IMG/VR virus record: IMGVR_UViG_3300002138_000067
Location: 1-40,811 of that record
Reading direction: 5' to 3' (one strand)
From: a virus
DNA: 40,811 nucleotides
A program made the translations under genes and the position numbers. Below are positions 17,436-24,845 of the stretch, piece by piece (position 1 is the first letter of the stretch; each line of letters starts with the position of its first letter). The notes below the pieces were generated by a model. That model ran no database searches and was not told the origin of the DNA. It was given only the letters and a program-made list of their open reading frames with translations.

Positions 17436-17786
17436 TTAGATTCGGCTTACGATTGCATTTAGTAAAAGGTTTGGTGGTGTTGTGTCTGCAATTACTTGTA
17501 TCTCTTCCACTACCTTTTTTCTCTCATCCGCTACCGCGAGGGATATTTCTTGGCGGATGAAGTCTTTGTGAGTATCCGCGCCATACTGCTCACTGAACGG
17601 AATTGTGCTTTCGTTAATAACACCGAACCTTTCGTCAAATCTTTCTTCCATAGTGTCTGTAGAGGGGGTGTGGCATGGACATTCTTGTTTGAGGGTACAG
17701 CCGTAGTATTTTGCACCTGGCGGAAATACTGTTTCGGTTATTTCGCCGTAACACTTATCACAACACTTTTCATTACTCATACTCAA
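17436..17786 (-). CDS. Cys-rich hypothetical protein, member of the EEEF...KDFIR paralogue set
   Basis: N-terminal CCDKC...CPCH, then MEERFDERF...HKDFIRQEI. Confidence 0.5.
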   Translation of the reverse strand: MSMSNEKCCDKCYGEITETVFPPGAKYYGCTLKQECPCHTPSTDTMEERFDERFGVINESTIPFSEQYGADTHKDFIRQEISLAVADERKKVVEEIQVIADTTPPNLLLNAIVSRI

Positions 17787-17922
17787 TGTGGTTATGTTTT
17801 TACTCTTTAATAGTAGCTTGTTTTTCGCGGAAGTTTCTCTTGAGAATATATTTCTGTGGATAACGCGCTCCTTCTGCCCCGCCCAATGGAGTCCATTACC
17901 ACATGAGATTTATAGGCGGGAC

Positions 17923-17943
17923 GGGAGAGGAACGTACTCTCCC
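17923..17943 (-). terminator. Hairpin 7 nt downstream of the SPFH gene stop
   Basis: 7-bp stem GGGAGAG / CTCTCCC with a 7-nt loop, inside a 163-nt non-coding gap. No U tract. Confidence 0.35.
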
Positions 17944-17949
17944 TTGTGG

Positions 17950-18777
17950 TTACTTTATGTTGATAAACGGTACGTTTCCTCCTGTCACTTGTGGTAGTAC
18001 GCCATTCCACTTTTCAATAGCACGAAGTTCAAGCACTTTTGGGTTAGAACTAATCGCTACTGATTCAACACGTAGAGCCTCTGCGCGTCCCTTAGCGGAT
18101 TCAATAGCCTGCTTTGCCTCGTACTCTACCTGCGCGAGTTTGTTCTTAGCTGCAAGAGCGTTCTGCTCAGCTGTCACCTTCGCTTCAATTGCTTCGTTGA
18201 AACTCTTAGAGAAGTCGAAGTTAATGATTGAGAAGTTCTCTACTACGATTCCACTAGGGGCTAAACGAGTAGCCAGAGCGAGTCGTATGTCTTCCTTTAC
18301 CTCCTCACGCTTCGTAATAAGCTCTTCAGCTGTAAACTTTGCAGTTGATGCTTTAACCGATTCCTGAATTGCTGGGTCTATAAGGCGTGTCTTATACTCA
18401 ATACCAACATTCTGGTACAGGTTTGCAACGCTTTCGTGCTTGATAGAGTAGTTTAGAGCAACCTGACTATTTACGGTCTGTAGGTCTTTTGATGCTGCGC
18501 TCGCTGCTGTCTCGTCTTTTTGGGTCTTAACATCAAGGATAAATACCTTTTCAATGAATGGCATTTTTACATACAACCCCTCGCCAATAACTCCCTCTGT
18601 CACCGCTCCAAATCGTGTCTTTACACCTCGCTCACCAGCACCAACAGTGCCAAATGAATTGAACAATAGAACTAGAACAACGATTAGCGATACTGCGTGT
18701 GCTGCGATTTTTACGAAGTTGGGAATCAAAACTTCCTGCCCATAAGAGTTAGTACCTTTCTTTGTGTAGTTGAACAT
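17950..18777 (-). CDS. SPFH / Band-7 / prohibitin-family membrane protein
   Basis: N-terminal TM (IAAHAVSLIVVLVLLF). SPFH core (GERGVKTRFGAV...YVKMPFIEKVFILDVKTQ...TVNSQVALNY). C-terminal Ala/Glu coiled coil. Confidence 0.85.
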   Translation of the reverse strand: MFNYTKKGTNSYGQEVLIPNFVKIAAHAVSLIVVLVLLFNSFGTVGAGERGVKTRFGAVTEGVIGEGLYVKMPFIEKVFILDVKTQKDETAASAASKDLQTVNSQVALNYSIKHESVANLYQNVGIEYKTRLIDPAIQESVKASTAKFTAEELITKREEVKEDIRLALATRLAPSGIVVENFSIINFDFSKSFNEAIEAKVTAEQNALAAKNKLAQVEYEAKQAIESAKGRAEALRVESVAISSNPKVLELRAIEKWNGVLPQVTGGNVPFINIK

Positions 18778-18780
18778 ACG

Positions 18781-19002
18781 TTAATCTAGTTCACCAATAA
18801 TCTCCTGAATCAAGAGGCGCATTGAACCACCCTGTCGCTTCTTCTGAAGTGGGTAGCCTTCTTTTCTGAAGTTGTTTGCGATTACAGCGATTGTTGCTTT
18901 ACTCACTCCGAACTTTGTTGCAAGGTCTTCGGAACTGCTGGTGTCCCATAGTGATAAAAACTCGCGCAACTCTGATTTTGTCCATGACTTGTATGTTCTC
19001 AT
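18781..19002 (-). CDS. Small HTH-type DNA-binding protein
   Basis: WTKSELREFLSLW...DLATKFGVSKATIAVIANNFRK, a Myb/HTH-like pattern. Confidence 0.45.
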   Translation of the reverse strand: MRTYKSWTKSELREFLSLWDTSSSEDLATKFGVSKATIAVIANNFRKEGYPLQKKRQGGSMRLLIQEIIGELD

Positions 19003-19008
19003 ATTTGT

Positions 19009-19332
19009 TTATTTAGTTCTGCTTTCAATATACTTCTCGCACATTTCTAATGTCTCACCTTCGTAGTCCTCAACAATGTTTGTTGCCGAGATACCCTGTG
19101 CATGTGCTACGTCCGTAAGGTGCAGTACGTGGTCAAGTACAAAGGCAAGCAGGAACAACATGCCAAGTACCAGGATGATAGGTACCCAGTCAAACTGCTT
19201 TTGTCTGTGGCGTGGGCGAATGTCGCGGTCAAATGAGAAGTCAGAGAGTTCCATACTAGAGTGTACAAGGGCAAGGCTCATCATGGGTACCGTCTGTACC
19301 GTCATCACGGTGAACGATTTGGTCTCCGTCAC
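19009..19332 (-). CDS. Membrane protein (one central TM)
   Basis: The segment WVPIILVLGMLFLLAFVL is hydrophobic. Confidence 0.45.
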   Translation of the reverse strand: MTETKSFTVMTVQTVPMMSLALVHSSMELSDFSFDRDIRPRHRQKQFDWVPIILVLGMLFLLAFVLDHVLHLTDVAHAQGISATNIVEDYEGETLEMCEKYIESRTK

Positions 19333-19355
19333 AGATGTTTAGTGTGCAATCCATA

Positions 19356-19652
19356 CTAGTCCTTGTTAGCTGTAAAGAGCACGTACTCCGTTGGAGTGCT
19401 GATAGCGATACCCTTCTGCTCCTCCTTGACCTTTGCAACCTTCACCTTGTCGATGAGTGCAGCAACCTTGTCGCTGTAGGTGTAGACAGGTCGTGAGGCA
19501 ATCGTAAACTTGCCGAACTTACTTTCAACCTTTGCAAGTTTCTCGGACTTCATCTCCTCCATTATCTGAGACTTCAGCTCGTTGCGCTCTGCTTCGAGTG
19601 CTTTGTACTTTATCTCTGTCGCTGCGTATTGTTTGAGTAGTGTGCTGTTCAT
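19356..19652 (-). CDS. Hypothetical coiled-coil protein
   Basis: 98 aa with an N-terminal heptad region. Lies two genes downstream of the PD-(D/E)XK nuclease gene in the same minus-strand operon. Confidence 0.45.
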   Translation of the reverse strand: MNSTLLKQYAATEIKYKALEAERNELKSQIMEEMKSEKLAKVESKFGKFTIASRPVYTYSDKVAALIDKVKVAKVKEEQKGIAISTPTEYVLFTANKD

Positions 19653-19707
19653 GGTGTGTTGTATGTTATGGCTACTCCTTCAGTATACAGCAAGCACCGC
19701 TCGCTGT

Positions 19708-19881
19708 CTACTCAGGTGGGGACAACCTTCGCTTCTCCCAGGACTTGAGCGCTAGGGCACGATAGTGCTCGGCACCCTTCTTGCTGGTAGCTTGACCGCC
19801 CTTTTTACCGATACTAGCCATACGTTCCTTGAGTAGTGCACGTTGCTCCTCTTTATACTTTTCTAAAGGCGTCATAGTCAT
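19708..19881 (-). CDS. Small basic protein with a KGG-type motif
   Basis: IGKKGGQATSKKGAEHYRAL resembles the KGG stress-protein repeat. The start is uncertain (19905, 19881 or 19821). Confidence 0.35.
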   Translation of the reverse strand: MTMTPLEKYKEEQRALLKERMASIGKKGGQATSKKGAEHYRALALKSWEKRRLSPPE

Positions 19882-20476
19882 CACTGATTTCGTTAGCAGT
19901 TTCAATAATAAGTTTCTTCATACGGTCACGTTCCCACTTCGCAATTCTGCGAGGGAACGATTCCACACGCCCCGTGAGCTTAAGCTCTCGGCTTACACCC
20001 TCAAGCGTGTGCCCATCGAACTCAGTGCTCTTTTTCACGAACTCTGTCTCCAGCCAGATGAGGTGGCACAGAGGATTGACTTTGCCGTACTTCGCTTCAA
20101 CCATTACCGCATAGAACGGAAGCTGGTCGAGCTTCATCACCTTAGAGGGTGACCACGGTGAATCGCCCTTCTTGTTTGCGTGTCCTGATTTGTAATCGGC
20201 AAACGAGAACGTCTCCTCATCGAACGTGTCAATCTGACCAAGTAGTTTGATACCCGCAACCTCCACCTCAATCTTATGCTCAGGGAGAGGGAAGCGTTGT
20301 ACGTGGGGAAGCTCACCGTCTTCAATTTGCTTGTGCACCTGCTTGCCGAAGATGGTCTCTACGCTCTCAAAGTCTGGTGGTCGTATGTCAGGGTAATACT
20401 TATCACGGAACGCTTGCTTGTTGGTGCGCCACAGGTGCCACGCACTATAGGATAGGTAGCCTTTGGGTAGGGTCAT
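19853..20476 (-). CDS. PD-(D/E)XK nuclease (RecB/Cas4-like exonuclease)
   Basis: GQIDTFDEETFSFADYKSG (D...E-x-K) and QLPFYAVM. ATG at 20476 preferred over the GTG at 20482 because a -10 element abuts it. Confidence 0.7.
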   Translation of the reverse strand: MTLPKGYLSYSAWHLWRTNKQAFRDKYYPDIRPPDFESVETIFGKQVHKQIEDGELPHVQRFPLPEHKIEVEVAGIKLLGQIDTFDEETFSFADYKSGHANKKGDSPWSPSKVMKLDQLPFYAVMVEAKYGKVNPLCHLIWLETEFVKKSTEFDGHTLEGVSRELKLTGRVESFPRRIAKWERDRMKKLIIETANEISDDYDAFRKV

Positions 20477-20482
20477 GTCCAC

Positions 20483-20521
20483 AGTGTACCTATTGCAAGC
20501 GTTGCTTGCAATGTGTATACT
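20483..20521. promoter_or_regulatory. Divergent promoter pair built on the palindrome TTGCAAGC-GTT-GCTTGCAA
   Basis: + strand: TTGCAA (20493-98), 17 nt, TATACT (20516-21). - strand: TTGCAA (20511-06), 17 nt, TACACT (20488-83). Each arm of the 8-bp inverted repeat serves as one -35. Confidence 0.55.
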
Positions 20522-20558
20522 AACCTAGTGCTCATTAAAACATAACGCACCATATACT

Positions 20559-21038
20559 ATGGCAACAAACGATTTCGCAGATTACAAGAAGGACTCACTC
20601 GTACGACCTTACGAGGTAGCGTGGGAAAACTGGGCTAAGTTTGAGAACGTAGGAGACAAGGTGGCAGGATACATTCGCGATGTGTTCTACCGCAAGGCTG
20701 AGGGAGAGTTCAAGGAGCAGCGCGGTATCACTCTTGAGCAAGCTGATGGGGTACTCATCAACGTGGCTATCAAGCGTCTACCGTTCATTCTTGAAAAGAC
20801 AGACGGCCTGCGTCTCGGCGACCCGCTTACCGTTGAGCTTGAGAAGATTAACGAGCCACGTACTAAGGGGTACAAGGGTACTAAGGTATTCGGCTTCTAC
20901 GGAAAGAACCTTGAAGCTAACCTAGCTAACAAGACAGTTGCTGACCTCGATAATGAGGACATGGTACGCCAGCTCGTTGTATCAAATAACGAGAGCGATG
21001 ATTTTGAGGAGGACGAGATTCCTACTATTCAGGCGTAG
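20559..21038 (+). CDS. Hypothetical protein with an SSB-like acidic C-terminal tail (possible ssDNA-binding protein)
   Basis: 159 aa. The C-terminus SDDFEEDEIPTIQA resembles SSB acidic tips. It is the only + gene inside the minus-strand block and has its own promoter and terminator. Confidence 0.3.
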   Translation: MATNDFADYKKDSLVRPYEVAWENWAKFENVGDKVAGYIRDVFYRKAEGEFKEQRGITLEQADGVLINVAIKRLPFILEKTDGLRLGDPLTVELEKINEPRTKGYKGTKVFGFYGKNLEANLANKTVADLDNEDMVRQLVVSNNESDDFEEDEIPTIQA

Positions 21039-21062
21039 CCCTACGAAGAACGAAGTTCTGAC

Positions 21063-21092
21063 GCAAAGGCCCACTTACAAGTGGGCCTTTGC
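21063..21092. terminator. Bidirectional terminator hairpin (12-bp perfect stem)
   Basis: GCAAAGGCCCAC-TTACAA-GTGGGCCTTTGC between convergent genes. The stop of 21075..21443 lies in the loop. Confidence 0.7.
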
Positions 21093-21443
21093 TATTTCCT
21101 TTGCCCTGCTACTCGTCAGGCTCTTGCGGGGGCTACTGTTCTTCTCAGCAATCCACGCATCTATCGGTATCACGTGAAACGCACCAGGGTACTTCACCAC
21201 CACGTAGGCTGGAGTGTTGCGTAGGTACACGTAGTCAGGCTCACCCACGGTGCCTTGTACCCGTATCAGGGCACCTGTGTTGCTTTGCACCGCGCACAGG
21301 TAATTCTCCTGGTGGTCTTTGAGAGCGCTGAACGGTAAGGAGTCCGTGGTAGTTTGTTTCATCTCAAAGGCACACGTGTCCTGTGGGTTGGCACGGAGCC
21401 AGTGACGGAAGGCGATTGAGAACGATGCTTCCCTGCGCCTCAT
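21075..21443 (-). CDS. Putative nuclease (VRR-NUC / PD-(D/E)XK-like)
   Basis: FEMKQTTTDSLPFSALKDHQENYL (E-x-K...Q) and GEPDYVYL. Sits immediately downstream of the SNF2-like helicase gene (4-nt stop/start overlap), a commonly seen pairing. Confidence 0.4.
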   Translation of the reverse strand: MRRREASFSIAFRHWLRANPQDTCAFEMKQTTTDSLPFSALKDHQENYLCAVQSNTGALIRVQGTVGEPDYVYLRNTPAYVVVKYPGAFHVIPIDAWIAEKNSSPRKSLTSSRAKEIAKAHL

Positions 21444-22696
21444 GTTGAGGCGTAGATAGCTTCACTAAAATCCTGCTTGTCCAGGAGTGCTTTGTCCACG
21501 GCTTCGTCCACTCCACCCTTCACCACGAGGTGTATGTAGATATTCTTCTTGATGTTGTTGGCACGCTGGATGCGTCCGAGGGACTGCTCGTAGTCCACGT
21601 ATGAGTACGTGCGCGATGCGAATATCATGCACGGAAACTGGGGCACCTCCCACCCTGAGCTTATCTGTGCCTGAGCTACAAGGATGCACCGCTCACTCTC
21701 ATTCGCCTCTTTGATAACGGCACCACGGTCTTTGGTTGCTCCCGTGAGTGTGAGTACCTTGTACCCCTCCTTAGTGAGTGCGTCACGGATAGATTGAATC
21801 TGTGCCGTGTACTTTGCGAACACCACCATGCGAGGAAACTCGAGTGCGTAGTCGAGAATCCTATCGGTTTTTTTGTTGTTGAATAATACAGCGTTGCTGT
21901 ATTCATCACCAGCAAGGCACCCATTCTCAATCTGGTGCTTCTTGCCTACAAGGACAAGGGCATCAGGGTACTCCAGCGGAATGTCCTTGAGACGTTGTTT
22001 CTGTTCAGGTGTCAGCTCAATGTAGTCTGTCTTATAGTTTTGCTCTGGGACATCGAAGAAGTCCTCAAGCCGTCCTATGTACCCTAGCTTACGGACAACG
22101 TTCGCCAGACTGTCCTTGAGTTCCTGTGTGCTCTTAGCTTTCCAGATGTCACGCCCTGGAATCGGGAGTCGCTGGTAGTATTTGTCTCTGAAGAACAGGA
22201 ACCCTTCCATTGTAGCCCCGTCACTCAGGGGGTGTAGGAGTCGGTACGCACCCCACACAGTCATCGGGGAGCGGATGATGGTAGCGGTGCACAGGTACAA
22301 ACGCCTCGGTTCTGTTTTGTAGAGGTATGCGTCAATCGCATCAAAGAGCTGTGATGCCTTGGGTCGCTGTTTACGGTTGCGGTAGCACACGTTCGGTGTG
22401 ACCCCGAGCACGGTATGGCATTCGTCAATGATGACCGTTTCGTATGCTCGCATCTCCTCGTGGTCACGGCGGAAGTCCTCTTTTGAGATGACGGTGAGCG
22501 ATAGCTCCTTGCCCATCTTCTGCAGCTCACGTTCCCAGTTGCCATCATCACGCTGTGTCTTCGGACAGATTACGAGCGTATCCCCTGTAGCGAGCGAGAG
22601 TGCTGTGCGGGTTTTGCCTGAGCCTGTCCCAAGAAATAACCCACAGGTCTTCGGGTCTTCGGCGATTATTTTCTTCTGGTGGTCGTAGAGTTTCAT
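21440..22696 (-). CDS. SF2 (SNF2/DEAD-like) helicase
   Basis: Walker A GTGSGKT, DEAH-type box VIIDECH, C-terminal helicase motifs (ISSGWEV, QSLGRIQR). Start at MKLYDHQKK (22696), overlapping the upstream stop. Confidence 0.85.
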   Translation of the reverse strand: MKLYDHQKKIIAEDPKTCGLFLGTGSGKTRTALSLATGDTLVICPKTQRDDGNWERELQKMGKELSLTVISKEDFRRDHEEMRAYETVIIDECHTVLGVTPNVCYRNRKQRPKASQLFDAIDAYLYKTEPRRLYLCTATIIRSPMTVWGAYRLLHPLSDGATMEGFLFFRDKYYQRLPIPGRDIWKAKSTQELKDSLANVVRKLGYIGRLEDFFDVPEQNYKTDYIELTPEQKQRLKDIPLEYPDALVLVGKKHQIENGCLAGDEYSNAVLFNNKKTDRILDYALEFPRMVVFAKYTAQIQSIRDALTKEGYKVLTLTGATKDRGAVIKEANESERCILVAQAQISSGWEVPQFPCMIFASRTYSYVDYEQSLGRIQRANNIKKNIYIHLVVKGGVDEAVDKALLDKQDFSEAIYAST

Positions 22697-23208
22697 TTCA
22701 TCAGTGTTGCGAATACCTTGTACCCTGCCAAGGCACCTGCCAGTGCACGGTGTACATCGTCCTCTGGTGGGATGCCCAGGTGGGTACAAATGTTCTTCAA
22801 TGAGTATGAGCGGAGCGTGTAGCGGGGCAGGAGGGCCCAGGCGATGGAGAGCAGGTCGTAGCGATTGCGGTGGCCGAAGGTGAGCTCTAGGCTAGTCAGC
22901 CTAGAGGCCGCCTCCAGGAAACCTAAATCAAAGTGCAGGTTATGCGCCATGAGCGTACAGTCCTTGGTCTTCTCGGTGAAGGTGAGGAGTGCTGTCTCAA
23001 GCGGAATGGCTTCTTGCCATTCCGCTTCTGAATAGCCATTCACCGCTACCGCTTCAGGGTCAAGGGGCCTTGTGGGGATAACCTTCTGCTCCCAGGTCTC
23101 TACGACAGAGAAGTCGTGCAGGTTGAATATCACCACGCCGAACTCAATGATGTCGTGCGTGAGAGGGTCAAGTCCGCCTGTTTCTAGGTCAACGAAGGCT
23201 ATGTTCAT
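22693..23208 (-). CDS. DnaQ-like DEDDh 3'-5' exonuclease
   Basis: FVDLETGGL, MAHNLHFDLGFL, DDVHRALAGALA. Confidence 0.8.
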   Translation of the reverse strand: MNIAFVDLETGGLDPLTHDIIEFGVVIFNLHDFSVVETWEQKVIPTRPLDPEAVAVNGYSEAEWQEAIPLETALLTFTEKTKDCTLMAHNLHFDLGFLEAASRLTSLELTFGHRNRYDLLSIAWALLPRYTLRSYSLKNICTHLGIPPEDDVHRALAGALAGYKVFATLMK

Positions 23209-23330
23209 AGGACTTTGAATTCTCTTGGCATTGAGCTGGGTGTATCTTGCGATGCAATCTCTCGTAACCAGCTAACCAATAACATTTTGGCGGAATGATG
23301 CATGAAGCTTTCGTTTTTATCTTTACTCAT
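23205..23330 (-). CDS. Small hypothetical protein (41 aa)
   Basis: Internal ATG of track ORF 23205..23555 gives MSKDKNESFMHHSAKMLLVSWLREIASQDTPSSMPREFKVL. ATGA overlap downstream. Confidence 0.35.
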   Translation of the reverse strand: MSKDKNESFMHHSAKMLLVSWLREIASQDTPSSMPREFKVL

Positions 23331-23679
23331 ATACTCGTGGTTCTGGCTGTGGTACTTCGTACGGAATAATCTTACGGATGGCGGTAACTGCGTAGTCATC
23401 CTCCTCTGGTGTACACATTTGACTAAGCCACTCGATGTATTCTGCGTCCCACTCAAGCATTTCACGTAGTGATAGCCCCATGCGTGGAGCAAGGTAAGGA
23501 ATCTTCTTCGTCTCGAATTGCCCCACACTGTCATAGAACGGGGAGGTGGTATCAAGGATACTGTCTATGTCTGCGGGAACGATTTGTGTCAGCTTGCCTA
23601 TAACGAGACCCTCATGGTTGCGGGTTTCTCTGGTATAAGTGCTGTCTTCCTGTGGTATGTAGTGAATGGTATATTTCAT
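23323..23679 (-). CDS. Hypothetical protein (118 aa)
   Basis: Operon-packed ORF. No motif recognised. Confidence 0.5.
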   Translation of the reverse strand: MKYTIHYIPQEDSTYTRETRNHEGLVIGKLTQIVPADIDSILDTTSPFYDSVGQFETKKIPYLAPRMGLSLREMLEWDAEYIEWLSQMCTPEEDDYAVTAIRKIIPYEVPQPEPRVYE

Positions 23680-23828
23680 TTTTTTGTTACAGTGTATGCC
23701 GTGTTACGAGGGATACGAAAAACATACGCCAAATCAGCCAGGGATAACCCGTGTTCTTTTTGAGCACGGATAATAAACTGGTTGCGTATTGCTATAAGTC
23801 CTGCCTCTTTCTTTGTTGGTCGTGCCAT
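23676..23828 (-). CDS. Small HTH DNA-binding protein, first gene of the minus-strand early operon
   Basis: 50 aa, not in the track: MARPTKKEAGLIAIRNQFIIRAQKEHGLSLADLAYVFRIPRNTAYTVTKK. ATGA overlap with the next gene. Confidence 0.5.
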   Translation of the reverse strand: MARPTKKEAGLIAIRNQFIIRAQKEHGLSLADLAYVFRIPRNTAYTVTKK

Positions 23829-23912
23829 AGGAACAGTATACCACAGGAGGTGTAATAGTTATCCACACATTAGGCAGGGGGTTGTAATAGAAGCGTGGTG
23901 TATAGTGTACCC

Positions 23913-24845
23913 ATGAAAGAACATATTTGGATTGACTGGCTTAATCGGCGTGGAATTACTAACTCAGTGATTGAAGACTTCGGTCTTTCGTTCGGTTCTC
24001 ACTACTTAATGGGCGATGCAATAACCATACCTGTGTGCAATCAGGATGGTTCTTTTTCTTTTAATAAATACCGCCGTGACCCCCAGCAAGGGGACGTTAC
24101 TCCCAAGTACCTGTATGACAAAGGCTCACGGTCAACGGTCTTCGGTCTAGATAAGATTAAGGACAGCACATCAGTCCTCATAACTGAAGGGGAGCTAGAT
24201 ACTCTGGTGTCATGGTCAAAGAATATCCCTGCCGTTAGCTCTACGGGTGGAGCTGGGACGTTTCCTCCTGACTGGGTTGAGTATTTCACCAATAAGGAGG
24301 TTACGGTGTGCTATGACAATGACAGTGCTGGTGGCGCTGGCATGGTACGGGTGCTTGATATTATCCCCAATGCTTACGTTTTATTCCTCCCTGACCGTCC
24401 TGGTGTAAAGGATATGTCTGACTATGTTGCGGGTGGAGGAGACCTTGCGGAGCTACTTCGTGGGCGGGTTCACTTTAGTAGTTTGCAAGAGGTGATAGAT
24501 GACAGGGCGCTCCGCCTTTCATTATGGCAATCTACTTTCTTTCACGATGCATACATTGAAGCGAATAGTGTGCCCGCATACGTTAGAACAGAGCGCAGGG
24601 AAAGTAAGGATGATTCAGAGATAGAGGCAGCCAAGACATACCCTATAAGCGACCTGTTAAAGTTCGACAAGAATCATAAGGCGCTTTGTATCTGGCACAA
24701 CGAGAAAACACCGTCACTGCATTACTTCAAGAACACCAACACAGTTTACTGCTTCGGTGGGTGTGGTAAACGCGCTGATGCAATAGATGTCTATAGGCAG
24801 ATTAACGGGGCTTCGTTCACAGAAGCTATCAAGGCCCTTGTATGA
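23913..24845 (+). CDS. DnaG-type primase (Toprim) with a C-terminal CHC2 zinc finger
   Basis: Toprim motifs VLITEGELDTLV and VCYDNDSAGG. C-terminal CIWHNEKTPSLHYF...VYCFGGCGKRADAIDVY matches the DnaG CHC2 finger. ATG at 23913 preferred over the track's GTG at 23895. Confidence 0.8.
   Translation: MKEHIWIDWLNRRGITNSVIEDFGLSFGSHYLMGDAITIPVCNQDGSFSFNKYRRDPQQGDVTPKYLYDKGSRSTVFGLDKIKDSTSVLITEGELDTLVSWSKNIPAVSSTGGAGTFPPDWVEYFTNKEVTVCYDNDSAGGAGMVRVLDIIPNAYVLFLPDRPGVKDMSDYVAGGGDLAELLRGRVHFSSLQEVIDDRALRLSLWQSTFFHDAYIEANSVPAYVRTERRESKDDSEIEAAKTYPISDLLKFDKNHKALCIWHNEKTPSLHYFKNTNTVYCFGGCGKRADAIDVYRQINGASFTEAIKALV

Noticed and set aside
17903-18367. 154-aa + strand ORF
   Set aside because: It is antisense to, and entirely within, the clearly recognisable SPFH gene. 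Its Ser/Ala-rich low-complexity translation is typical of a shadow ORF.
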